Sequence record: PQ309151.1
DNA length: 64,000 nucleotides
Strand: one strand, 5' to 3'
Shown piece by piece: positions 28,172 through 37,063 of the stretch (position 1 is the first letter of the stretch; every line of letters starts with the position of its first letter). Under the pieces are notes generated by a model that was not told the origin of the DNA, did no database searches, and was given only the letters and a program-made list of their open reading frames with translations. Position numbers and translations under genes: made by a program.

Positions 28172-28490
28172 ATAATTCCAGTATTGAGTTAGAAAGCATT
28201 TCTCTCTTTACTGGACTTCTCGATACCTAACCACACCCAAGCTGCGCCTTCGGAGAAGGGTGGTCCGAGATCTATATCGCTACACGTAGCGCTTTGTTGA
28301 GCCGCACACCGTGGGAGGTTGGAGTATGCGCTCGAACTCGATCTCAAGACCGAAAAAAAAATGCAGGAAGGCATCTTCCTGCAAAAGGGGGGTTGCCCAG
28401 AACGCATGCCTTGTTTAAGGGCGCATCCCGATGGGTCTGAGGCTGCCGCTGGTGCGAGCTGCAATCGAGACGATCGTTCTGGGCAAATCA
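28172..28490 (-). ncRNA. Candidate structured RNA island: two multibranch units separated by a terminator
   Basis: 12-bp stem 28393-28404/28475-28486 enclosing hairpins; terminator at 28352-28383; further stems GAGATC/GATCTC, CGCTAC/GTAGCG and TCCAGTA/TACTGGA. Confidence 0.4.
28352..28383 (-). terminator. Rho-independent terminator
   Basis: TGCAGGAAG-(ATGC)-CTTCCTGCA followed by about 9 T on the minus strand. Confidence 0.8.
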
Positions 28491-28518
28491 TAGCTAAAGC
28501 ATTTATTTTTTTATAGTC

Positions 28519-29034
28519 TTACAGTTCGACAAAGTCGACTTTAGGACCATACCTCAGACCGCCAGACCATTCGCTGCTATCACGCAGCTTACCATGAATG
28601 GTTGAACGAATAATACTCTCGCGATCTGATTTGCGGTAATACAACCGAGGGATGTACATATCGCATTCTACTGCGATATTGTCGACGGACACCAGCACTT
28701 TAACTGGCAGCATGTGATCGTGACGACCCATGTTCTCCTTGTCATTCAGCGCTTCCGCAATCTTCAGGAAGAGATTACGCTGTTCTGCAAGGAACTTCCA
28801 GGCCGGATCATGCACGCCGCAGTCTTGTGCTAGCTGGTCGTTTTCATTAACGAGTTTGATACACTCGTCGTAGGAAATTTGGCCAATGGTTTTCATGTAA
28901 AACGGAAGCATCAGATTGGCGCGTTGCTTCAGTCTTTCACTACCTGGACCACGATCCTCCATCAGGTCCTTGAGATGTTTTTCACGACGAAGACGCATCT
29001 GGTCTTCGAGTTCAGTACGGGAAAGCATATTCAA
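28519..29034 (-). CDS. Hypothetical protein
   Basis: 171 aa; overlaps the stop of the upstream gene. Confidence 0.6.
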   Translation of the reverse strand: MNMLSRTELEDQMRLRREKHLKDLMEDRGPGSERLKQRANLMLPFYMKTIGQISYDECIKLVNENDQLAQDCGVHDPAWKFLAEQRNLFLKIAEALNDKENMGRHDHMLPVKVLVSVDNIAVECDMYIPRLYYRKSDRESIIRSTIHGKLRDSSEWSGGLRYGPKVDFVEL

Positions 29035-29720
29035 CCCTTGTAAAGTCGGAACAGCTCAACAATCAATTCCCGTTGGTCGATGTCGTTCATCTCGAAGTCG
29101 TTATAGAGCGAAGTCGCATCCATGTAAAGATCATGGATGTTGCCTTCCACATGCATGCGTTTACCTTTCATGGTAAGTGCGCAGACTTCGGGAACTTCTT
29201 CACCCTGCATCGCCATCAAGAGACGGCCATTGGTCGGGTGTTCGTAAATCGACAACGGTTCCAGATGCGTTAGCACGTCAATGCCAACGACAATTTGCTG
29301 CTCACTGCCTGAAGAACGAGCGCGTTGAACAGCCATCACGCTCAGACCCAACTGTTTGAAAAGGACGAGATTATGCAGCTGACGCAGATAATCGAAACAG
29401 CCCTTCATCAGGACACTTGATGCGGGATTAGACGCAACGAATGCCAATGCTTCGAAACCATCCGACGACGGATGAACGAAGAGATGCTGAAGCGGCACGC
29501 CGTAGAACATCTGGTTCCACTTGTTTTGATGTTCCTTGACAAAGTGAGAACCGAATGGACCGACGTGGATGAACTCTTCAAGCAAGAAGCCGACGAGATG
29601 GTTAAGCTCTTCGTCTTGCGGAGCTTCGGGAGAACGCATGAACCAGAAATCGGTGGAACGGAAATTGATATCCCCTTCCATCTCATCGAAGCGTTCCTTG
29701 TGTTCAGAACCTAAAAGCAT
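29031..29720 (-). CDS. Hypothetical protein
   Basis: 229 aa; GGAGG RBS. Confidence 0.6.
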   Translation of the reverse strand: MLLGSEHKERFDEMEGDINFRSTDFWFMRSPEAPQDEELNHLVGFLLEEFIHVGPFGSHFVKEHQNKWNQMFYGVPLQHLFVHPSSDGFEALAFVASNPASSVLMKGCFDYLRQLHNLVLFKQLGLSVMAVQRARSSGSEQQIVVGIDVLTHLEPLSIYEHPTNGRLLMAMQGEEVPEVCALTMKGKRMHVEGNIHDLYMDATSLYNDFEMNDIDQRELIVELFRLYKG

Positions 29721-29801
29721 AGGCCCTCCATTTGAAATAGCCAGCTTATTAGTGCTGACATTAGAAAAAAAGATCCCGTCGTACTGACCGGGACCACATG
29801 C

Positions 29802-30476
29802 TTAATGACCGCCCGTCATCGCATGGATGAGCTTGAGCGTCGCCAGACCACTGGCCCTGCCGAGCATGAAGCTTGACGTCGGACGACCCGGCGGAATGAT
29901 GACTTCGTTCGTCGACTTGTCATACGGGAAGCCGAACATCCCAGCCATCACAACCAGGTCATGCGTATTGCCATTGCGCCAATCGGGTTCCATGCGGTTG
30001 GCGAGCTTGGACCCTTCGACGCACGAGAGCAGATCGACTGCGTAGCCGATCTTGTCGATACTCGTGTTCTTCTCGAAGTACACCACGTTCAGGCCCGGAT
30101 AGGCGACAGCGATGTACAGAAGACGATCGTTCTTTGCGTCGAACAGATTAATCGTCGAGCACGGCGGAACCGGAGTACCATCCAGCTGGACGAACATCGC
30201 GTTAACGAGACGTCCATAATACTCTTCCAAATTCGTCACCTTCTCAGTGAAGATGATTTCATTGGTCGTGAGTGTCGACTCCGGGAAATGCACCGAGCCC
30301 GAGAAGTCCGCGCACGAACAACCTGCCTGGAAGACAGCCCGCAGATCTTCAGTGCGCTCGCTGTATTCCGAGATCAAATACTCGGCACTCCTGATTACCA
30401 TTTCCGCCGTAACCGGAACGACACGGAAAATATTCACTTGCGAAAGATTAACCGACATTTTAAATCCCCTGATCAT
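29802..30476 (-). CDS. Hypothetical protein
   Basis: 224 aa (start probably MSVNL); phage-like codon bias. Confidence 0.6.
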   Translation of the reverse strand: MIRGFKMSVNLSQVNIFRVVPVTAEMVIRSAEYLISEYSERTEDLRAVFQAGCSCADFSGSVHFPESTLTTNEIIFTEKVTNLEEYYGRLVNAMFVQLDGTPVPPCSTINLFDAKNDRLLYIAVAYPGLNVVYFEKNTSIDKIGYAVDLLSCVEGSKLANRMEPDWRNGNTHDLVVMAGMFGFPYDKSTNEVIIPPGRPTSSFMLGRASGLATLKLIHAMTGGH

Positions 30477-30526
30477 TTATAAAAAGAAAAAGGCCCCGAA
30501 GGGCCTCTTGTACTACGTGATACGGA

Positions 30527-31453
30527 TTACTTGCTCAGACGGCGTTGCAGCGACGCCATGCGAACGAAGAGGTTTTCCGGACGGTTGTACGGAGCGTAGA
30601 CTTGGCCCGGCACAGAACGGTCGAGTTCCAGACCGAAGAAGTTCGCAGCCGAAACAACATCGGTTGCGTTCTGACACCAGGCGGGCGACATGCCGATGAT
30701 GTTGCGAACGCTCAGCGACCCGTCCGTCAGCACCAGGACCATCTGGCTGTCATCACCTGTACGCTTGTAGCGGTCGTGAATGATGACATTCTTTCCCTTG
30801 CTCATCACGACGATGTAGCAGCACCGCTGAGACTTGTTGTCCAGATAGCGAATCGACGTACCCATCTGAGTAACTGCTTCGCCGTTGAAGTAGAAAACTG
30901 CGTCGCACAGGCCATCGTAGTAGCCCGTACCATTGCCGACTTCTTCACCTTCCAGAGCGTCGTCTTCGAAATAGAAGTCAGCGCCCGTCATTGCTGCAGT
31001 CATGACGTCAGCCAACAGCTGCGACTTCGGCATGACCGAGCGCATTTCTGCGAAGGTTGCGTTAACATCATCGTCGCTGTTTTGCTTCAGCGTGATTGCG
31101 ATTGCGTTATCCATGTTCTTCTCCCTGTGAATGCGGCGTTCAGTCGATGCATCGTCAATGATGATTTCAGCGGGCGGTGCTGCGAGTTCTTGTGCCGGTT
31201 CCAGAAAAATCGACAGGTTCTTGCGAGCGGTCGTCGAGAGTTCCCATGCGTCCCAGTCATTGCTGTTCTTCGTCTTGACGAGAGCGCCGTTAGCAACCAA
31301 CGCTTCCAGCTGATTCTCCACATCTGCGTGCGTGGCATCGATTTCAGCCTTCAAGACATGCAGCTTGATTGCTGAGAACGTGCTGCGCGTTTCCTGGCCG
31401 TTGTTGAAGAGGGCGTTAAGGATGACGGTCTTGATGGCGGTTGCGTTATTCAT
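30527..31453 (-). CDS. Hypothetical protein with a possible N-terminal winged-helix domain
   Basis: TFSAIK...DVENQLEALVANGALVKT...WEL pattern; AAGGAG RBS. Confidence 0.55.
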   Translation of the reverse strand: MNNATAIKTVILNALFNNGQETRSTFSAIKLHVLKAEIDATHADVENQLEALVANGALVKTKNSNDWDAWELSTTARKNLSIFLEPAQELAAPPAEIIIDDASTERRIHREKNMDNAIAITLKQNSDDDVNATFAEMRSVMPKSQLLADVMTAAMTGADFYFEDDALEGEEVGNGTGYYDGLCDAVFYFNGEAVTQMGTSIRYLDNKSQRCCYIVVMSKGKNVIIHDRYKRTGDDSQMVLVLTDGSLSVRNIIGMSPAWCQNATDVVSAANFFGLELDRSVPGQVYAPYNRPENLFVRMASLQRRLSK

Positions 31454-31520
31454 GTTCTTCTCCTTGAAGAATTGTGGCGGGGATTATTCCCCATTAGGGT
31501 TTTACTGCTACTGCTACTAC

Positions 31521-31757
31521 TTATTCGGTCAGGGCTTGCCAGAAGGTCTGACCTTCCTGTTGTTCGCCATTGACCCAACGATAGCAGGAATCACGACGCA
31601 TGTCGATCTTCCCACCATTCATGCAGTACTTCTCAATCATGGCATTGGTGTGAGCGTTCAGATGCTCATGAGTACGTTTGCCGAAAACCGTGAAGGACAG
31701 ACCCCATGCGAGAATCACTGCGAGAACCAGATACGTAGCAACGTTCGAGGCTTTCAT
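31521..31757 (-). CDS. Small membrane-anchored/exported protein
   Basis: 78 aa; N-terminal hydrophobic helix; two Cys; AAGGAG RBS. Confidence 0.55.
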   Translation of the reverse strand: MKASNVATYLVLAVILAWGLSFTVFGKRTHEHLNAHTNAMIEKYCMNGGKIDMRRDSCYRWVNGEQQEGQTFWQALTE

Positions 31758-31769
31758 CTTGTTATCTCC

Positions 31770-32003
31770 TTAGGCCAGAGCCGTTTCAAACTTCAGGGTT
31801 TCCAGCTTACCTGCACGGAACAGAGCGCTTTCGACGCGGCGAAGCTGACGACCAAACTTCTTGCGCATCGTTTCAGCTTCGCCCAGCGTGATGTTCATTC
31901 CGCGGGTTGCTTCCATCTTGGCAAGCAGCTCTTCACGAGCTTTGACCAGCTTCTTGACGCGGATCGAAAAGAGGACGGTATTCTTGAGGATGTTCTTAAA
32001 CAT
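31770..32003 (-). CDS. Small basic protein
   Basis: 77 aa; AGGAG RBS; K/R-rich. Confidence 0.55.
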   Translation of the reverse strand: MFKNILKNTVLFSIRVKKLVKAREELLAKMEATRGMNITLGEAETMRKKFGRQLRRVESALFRAGKLETLKFETALA

Positions 32004-32085
32004 GTTGTTCTCCTGGGTACTAAATTTTGGCCATGCATTTTAGATTAGGATTGGCAAAAGCCAATCCCAGAATACTGCGAACCGC

Positions 32086-32298
32086 TCACCAATCTTCCAG
32101 TGTCCACTTCTCGAAGACACTGTTGTGACCGGGAGTACGACCCGTCTTCAGCTTGGTGTCCGGACCAACATACACCTCCGTATACGGGGGCAGATCGACT
32201 CCATCCATCTGGAGCCGAGCCTTATGCAGATCATCGCCCGACAGGGTGTTCAAAGCGACCAGCGAAACGTCAACGATCTTCGACATAATGCTCTCCAA
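32086..32298 (-). CDS. Small hypothetical early protein
   Basis: 70 aa; GGAGAG RBS before MSKIV; directly downstream of the early promoter. Confidence 0.5.
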   Translation of the reverse strand: MESIMSKIVDVSLVALNTLSGDDLHKARLQMDGVDLPPYTEVYVGPDTKLKTGRTPGHNSVFEKWTLEDW

Positions 32299-32337
32299 TA
32301 AAAGGTTATTCAGTCATCATTGCTGAATGTCACCCGA

Positions 32338-32364
32338 GTTATATATAGCTGAATTCTTCTGGAA
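32338..32364 (-). promoter_or_regulatory. Early-type phage promoter motif
   Basis: Minus strand TTCCAGAAGAATTCAGCTATATATAAC. Confidence 0.5.
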
Positions 32365-32390
32365 TGCGATTTTAGAGACAAAAAAATAAA

Positions 32391-32426
32391 GCACACTACC
32401 AGGGCTTTCGCCCTGGTAGTGTATGC
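32391..32426 (-). terminator. GAAA-loop terminator after the helicase gene
   Basis: ACACTACCAGGGC-TTTC-GCCCTGGTAGTGT; T-tract on the minus side and TATG on the plus side. Confidence 0.75.
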
Positions 32427-34067
32427 TTAAAGACCAAGTGTTGCAGTGTGATGCATTGTCGTAGAGATCAATGCCCGCTCTTTCATCAGTTCTTTCTTTG
32501 ACTTATGATAAGCCATGTGTTTCGTTATGTTCATGCACGCAAGGTACACAAACGTCGGAACACGATCGGAACCGTAAAGCTTCTTCAGATCGCGTAAGCG
32601 GCCCAAAGCTTGCAGGTTAGACTGAATCGAATCAATAGCCACTGTCATGATAACTGTGGTCAGATTCGGGATGTCGATAGCAGTGCCAGCCTTTTGCAAG
32701 GTAGCAATGATCACATCCGCACCTAGAGCATCAACCAATGAATCACCCTGGTTGTACTTCGCGAACTTCAGGTCAGGCATCATCTGCTTGTAGTAATACA
32801 TAGCGTCTTCGCACATCTTTCGAGTTGCGAAGTAGATGAGACACTTCTCGCCTTCCTTTCTTTCGAAGAAATACGTCTTGCGCATGATGTCATACACCAT
32901 CAGCAGATACTGTTTCATCAGCTTGGTGCTACGCTGCACAGACTTTTCGAACTCCACATGGGAATAAGACGTCCTTCCCCGAGCCGTTGTTTTAAGACGG
33001 CGTGGTTCATGAATATCAAACATCCACGCGATAGAGCGAATGTATTTCCTGTACTCTGGAACCTTCATCCGATTTTCCATCGGATAGGCCATCCTGTACA
33101 TGTCCATGATGAACTGGTTACGGTTCACCAATGTTGCGGACAACGAAAGAGACTGCTCGATATGGCAATACAGATCGAACAGGTAGTTCGCATGAAAGTC
33201 CTGGTGCGTTTCGTCAATGATCCGGAAACCAAAGCCGCACGCCTGCATGAACTCCCAGGGATAGATTCTGAATCCAGGAACGTATTCGCCCGGAGGCAAC
33301 TTCTCTTGTTCCGAGATCCAGTTACGCATAGTGGCGTTTGAGATCAACACGATGGTAGGCTCAAGCCATCCATCCATGAGACCATTAATCAGCCAGGCCA
33401 GTCGATCAGATCCGCCTTTGTTATTCTCACCACCGATGGTGATGATCTGTGTTGGTGCGATATCGCACTGTTTGTTGATATCGTCGACCCATTTATCCAG
33501 GTAACCTGGCTTCATGAATGCGACGGTTCTCAATCCCCAATGAGCAGCAGCGAACAGCGAGAGCGCCGATTTACCGCCACCAGTCTGGAGACCCAGGAGC
33601 TTCGATACGATTTCCGGATTCTTCAGCTGTTCCAGAATGTCTACCTGTTCCGGGAAAGGCTTAAAGAAGTCCTTGATCTTGATCTCTACTCGCGCCGACT
33701 CATAGAGTGGCTCAGTTGTATAAGTTACATCCTCAGGTCTAGCGCCTGCTCGCTCCAGGATTTTCTTGAAGTCGGGCAAGCTGTTTATGTGAAAACGATA
33801 CTCCAGATCAGGGTGATTCCAATCTGTTTCGAGTGGAGGGTCGTTTAGACTTGTTCTTGTCGGCGGGGAAGAGTAGGAATCCTGGAAGTCGAGATACTTT
33901 TCGCCACCAGCTTCTTCCCAGTCCCAATACTCGAACCAGGAAGCAAATTTTCCCACGATCTTTCTCGCCGCCGGTGAATCTTCTCCAAACTTCACTGAAT
34001 AGTGATGGCTGAAGATCCGGACGTTTAGCTTACTCATCGTGCAAAAAACCCCATAGGCATAGCTCAA
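32427..34067 (-). CDS. Superfamily 2 helicase (phiKZ gp75-like)
   Basis: Walker A LQTGGGKS, Walker B IIDETH, motif III SLSAT, motif VI QALGRLR. Confidence 0.9.
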   Translation of the reverse strand: MSYAYGVFCTMSKLNVRIFSHHYSVKFGEDSPAARKIVGKFASWFEYWDWEEAGGEKYLDFQDSYSSPPTRTSLNDPPLETDWNHPDLEYRFHINSLPDFKKILERAGARPEDVTYTTEPLYESARVEIKIKDFFKPFPEQVDILEQLKNPEIVSKLLGLQTGGGKSALSLFAAAHWGLRTVAFMKPGYLDKWVDDINKQCDIAPTQIITIGGENNKGGSDRLAWLINGLMDGWLEPTIVLISNATMRNWISEQEKLPPGEYVPGFRIYPWEFMQACGFGFRIIDETHQDFHANYLFDLYCHIEQSLSLSATLVNRNQFIMDMYRMAYPMENRMKVPEYRKYIRSIAWMFDIHEPRRLKTTARGRTSYSHVEFEKSVQRSTKLMKQYLLMVYDIMRKTYFFERKEGEKCLIYFATRKMCEDAMYYYKQMMPDLKFAKYNQGDSLVDALGADVIIATLQKAGTAIDIPNLTTVIMTVAIDSIQSNLQALGRLRDLKKLYGSDRVPTFVYLACMNITKHMAYHKSKKELMKERALISTTMHHTATLGL

Positions 34068-34104
34068 AGGATTGAGAATGCTGTATGTTTTATCGAGGTC
34101 CGAT

Positions 34105-34140
34105 TAGAAAAAATAATGGGAGGACCGAAGCCCTCCCATC
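34105..34140 (-). terminator. UUCG-loop rho-independent terminator
   Basis: Minus strand ATGGGAGGGC-TTCG-GTCCTCCCAT-TATTTTTT. Confidence 0.7.
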
Positions 34141-34143
34141 TCC

Positions 34144-34968
34144 TTATACTACTTCAGTAGGCGTGCGTGTACCAGACACGCCGTAGCCGTTTGCGTAAAA
34201 CTGCTTGATGAACGCATGCAGCTTCGGATCTTCCTGCATCTCAAATCGCAACGATTGCCAACCACGATCCTGGTAGACTCGCTGAATTTGAAAACGATAC
34301 GGCTGCGACTTGATGTGAACTTGAGATTCGCCTGATGGGTCGTTGTGACGGACCACATCCTTCGGCGTACCGCCAATCGTCCACGCTACCCGGATGGTGC
34401 GAATATCCGGATAGTAGTTCAAAGTCCGAGGAGTGTTGTAGATGGTGTTTTCCGCATCATCATGAAACCGAGTATAAACGGCAGGCCGATCATACTGGTA
34501 ATCGTTTTCACGCAACACTTCATGGATGTCGCATCCAGAAAGATGCTTGTACGCACTTGACATCAGAACGAGTTCCGGGTGCGCGAACACAACCTGCGGC
34601 TCGAAACTCTTTTCTTCACGCCCCATCGAACGATATAGCGGCATGTTATACAGGCATGCCAGATACGCTCTGCGCATTCCTTCAGCGATGCGCATCAGGG
34701 GACCCGGACCGATGCCCACCAATTGCTCAGGCACTTTGATCTTGGATGACCCGCTGTCGCCGCTTACAAAAAACGGAATCTGGATGAAACGAGCGTCACT
34801 GCCGACACCATAGTTCTCCAGATCACTCTTGTAAGACAGATACATCGAGTTCAACCCAGCAGGGCCGCCCGATAGAATTACTCCTTCCTTACCACTATTC
34901 AAACCGTCAAGAATAGGAAAGGTATCAACGATCAGGCACTGCATAACAACTTTTTCAACGTGATTCAT
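34144..34968 (-). CDS. Hypothetical protein
   Basis: 274 aa between the RNAP and helicase genes; no recognised motif. Confidence 0.6.
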   Translation of the reverse strand: MNHVEKVVMQCLIVDTFPILDGLNSGKEGVILSGGPAGLNSMYLSYKSDLENYGVGSDARFIQIPFFVSGDSGSSKIKVPEQLVGIGPGPLMRIAEGMRRAYLACLYNMPLYRSMGREEKSFEPQVVFAHPELVLMSSAYKHLSGCDIHEVLRENDYQYDRPAVYTRFHDDAENTIYNTPRTLNYYPDIRTIRVAWTIGGTPKDVVRHNDPSGESQVHIKSQPYRFQIQRVYQDRGWQSLRFEMQEDPKLHAFIKQFYANGYGVSGTRTPTEVV

Positions 34969-35053
34969 TCTAAAACTCCATTACGGATTTACGCACCCTA
35001 ATTAGGGAGCAAAGGGAACGCCGCTTTAACCCGCGGCTAAGGGTTTACTGCAC

Positions 35054-37060
35054 TTACACCTTCGGAAGCAATTCCGGATGAAGGATTGCGTCCATCGGAT
35101 GATCAGGTCTGTTCTTGTTAATGAACGACTCGACCGAACTGAAGATGATGGTGTGCTTTTCGAAAGCCATCGTAGCCGCGAGCGACCGCATAGCCATTGC
35201 ACGAGACATCACACCAATACCACGCTTACTCCACGGCTTGCTGAGTGCGTAGTTACCTTCCTTCGCAGAACGTACCGAGATGCCGTAAACTGCAACAGAG
35301 ACTTGTGCCATGTTGATGGTCAGTTCACTATTGAGAAGTTCGTAGGTATCCAGCAGGAATTGATCCACGTCGGTAAACTGATCGCGGATCTCTTCACGTT
35401 TCACTTCAGACTCAATGTGGGATTTGAAGCCCAGCGAGAAGTCAATCAGCGAATCGTTCTTCATCGGTACATATGCAAACGGTTTCGTGTAATCCCATTT
35501 GCTCATGTCGATCACGAAGTTGTTCTTATCGTCGATCTCCCAATACTGCTCCTTCACATACTTCAGCATGTCGTGACTGAACGACGCCATGCGTTTGCCG
35601 GTGCCGAGGATGAACGGGCGACGGTCCACATACTCGACCTTGCCTTTGTGTTCCACTTCCAGAGCCATCGAGCCGATTTCCGTAATACGACCGATAGAAA
35701 CACGATCGATATCGGTGAGATACATCACGTCGGTCAACGATTTTCCTTCGTCGTGACTGATGATCATCTTGTAATTCAAGCCCTTCATGTTCTCTGTGAA
35801 GTAATACGAAATACCATCGCGACCTACTTCGAGATATTGCGCATCTTCCTCAGCAATACGCAGCTTCTGCACAACGCTATTAGCCAGGTAATGCTTCTTC
35901 GACAACTGACGCTGAATAATGAACGCGTACAGGTCGGTGGTCATCAGCTGACCGAGATTGGTACGTTTGGGGATCGTGAGACTGATCGCGCCGAGACAGC
36001 ACTCACACACGCCATTCGGATCAGGGTGCGCGCAGTGGTTGATGTTGCGAGCATGAATGATTTTCCCGATCAGATGCTCATCGGTACTCTTCAATTCATA
36101 CAGCGTCTCGGTCGGATCTTCGGGCAGATAGTAATACACGCCCTCGTTCAGTTCCAGATCGCTTGCGGTGAGATCGTTCTGCTCACGAATCTTGAACGGA
36201 ATGAACCCCTTCGTACCACAGTCGCCAGGATGCACATTCATCAGGATTTCATTCAAAATCTCCTGACGCCGTGACTGATACACCGCATCTTCCAACTCAG
36301 CTTTGGTAGCTTCGATGGCTTGCGATGCCTTGCGCGACTCGACCATGTTGTCATACAGACTCCGATGGCCGTCGGTATAATTCGACATCAGCGGATACTT
36401 GAAGATCTCACCTCCCAGATCCTCAATGTAACCAGTCGGCGCAATTGCCTGAACCAACTGATTCGTCTTGATGACGCCCGCTCGCGCCATGCGAACCGCA
36501 CGGTTATTCATGATCTCAGGAATCTGGGACTTCGAGATCAGATTGGTAATGCCCTTAGTCGTTCCCAACACCGACTCTTCCGTGGGTCGCATCTTCTCCA
36601 ACAGTTCTGCGATCTCAGGGACCCTGAACAACTTGATGACGTCCTTGATGGACACAGTCGAAACCGACGTACCCATCTTGACTGCCAGCAGATTGTACAT
36701 GACATTCCCATGCTCGTAGAACTCTTTCGTGAGTTGTTCGAGCAGGTCATAATCTCCGAAGCGTCCCGTGGTCTTATACGCTTCGTAGATGTCCCAGTGA
36801 ATGATGTTCAACAAGTCCATGTGCATGTTCTTGTGGAACGTCTTCTTTGCCATCGAGTTGGAAATATGATGGCGCTTTTTCAACGGGATCGGACGATTGC
36901 GAATCCAATCCCACATCGGCATCGTGAAGTTGGTTTCACGATCGTTGGTGAGCAACTGGCCGTCCGAGAACTCCAGATAAAACTCACCCGTCAATACTTC
37001 ACTAATCTGCTTATGCGAATACTTCAGCAGATCTTCGGCTGGAAAGATAATGTCCGACAC
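35054..37060 (-). CDS. rpoC: Non-virion RNA polymerase beta' C-terminal subunit (phiKZ gp74-like)
   Basis: 668 aa; HPGDCGT, Zn site CAHPDPNGVCECCLG, trigger-loop-like QRQLSKKHY; directly follows the beta subunit gene. Confidence 0.85.
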   Translation of the reverse strand: MSDIIFPAEDLLKYSHKQISEVLTGEFYLEFSDGQLLTNDRETNFTMPMWDWIRNRPIPLKKRHHISNSMAKKTFHKNMHMDLLNIIHWDIYEAYKTTGRFGDYDLLEQLTKEFYEHGNVMYNLLAVKMGTSVSTVSIKDVIKLFRVPEIAELLEKMRPTEESVLGTTKGITNLISKSQIPEIMNNRAVRMARAGVIKTNQLVQAIAPTGYIEDLGGEIFKYPLMSNYTDGHRSLYDNMVESRKASQAIEATKAELEDAVYQSRRQEILNEILMNVHPGDCGTKGFIPFKIREQNDLTASDLELNEGVYYYLPEDPTETLYELKSTDEHLIGKIIHARNINHCAHPDPNGVCECCLGAISLTIPKRTNLGQLMTTDLYAFIIQRQLSKKHYLANSVVQKLRIAEEDAQYLEVGRDGISYYFTENMKGLNYKMIISHDEGKSLTDVMYLTDIDRVSIGRITEIGSMALEVEHKGKVEYVDRRPFILGTGKRMASFSHDMLKYVKEQYWEIDDKNNFVIDMSKWDYTKPFAYVPMKNDSLIDFSLGFKSHIESEVKREEIRDQFTDVDQFLLDTYELLNSELTINMAQVSVAVYGISVRSAKEGNYALSKPWSKRGIGVMSRAMAMRSLAATMAFEKHTIIFSSVESFINKNRPDHPMDAILHPELLPKV

Positions 37061-37063
37061 GAA

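Noticed and set aside
28189-28516. ORFs 28189-28491 (-) and 28319-28516 (+)
   Set aside because: Both cross a terminator and poly-A/T run, lack RBSs and look non-coding
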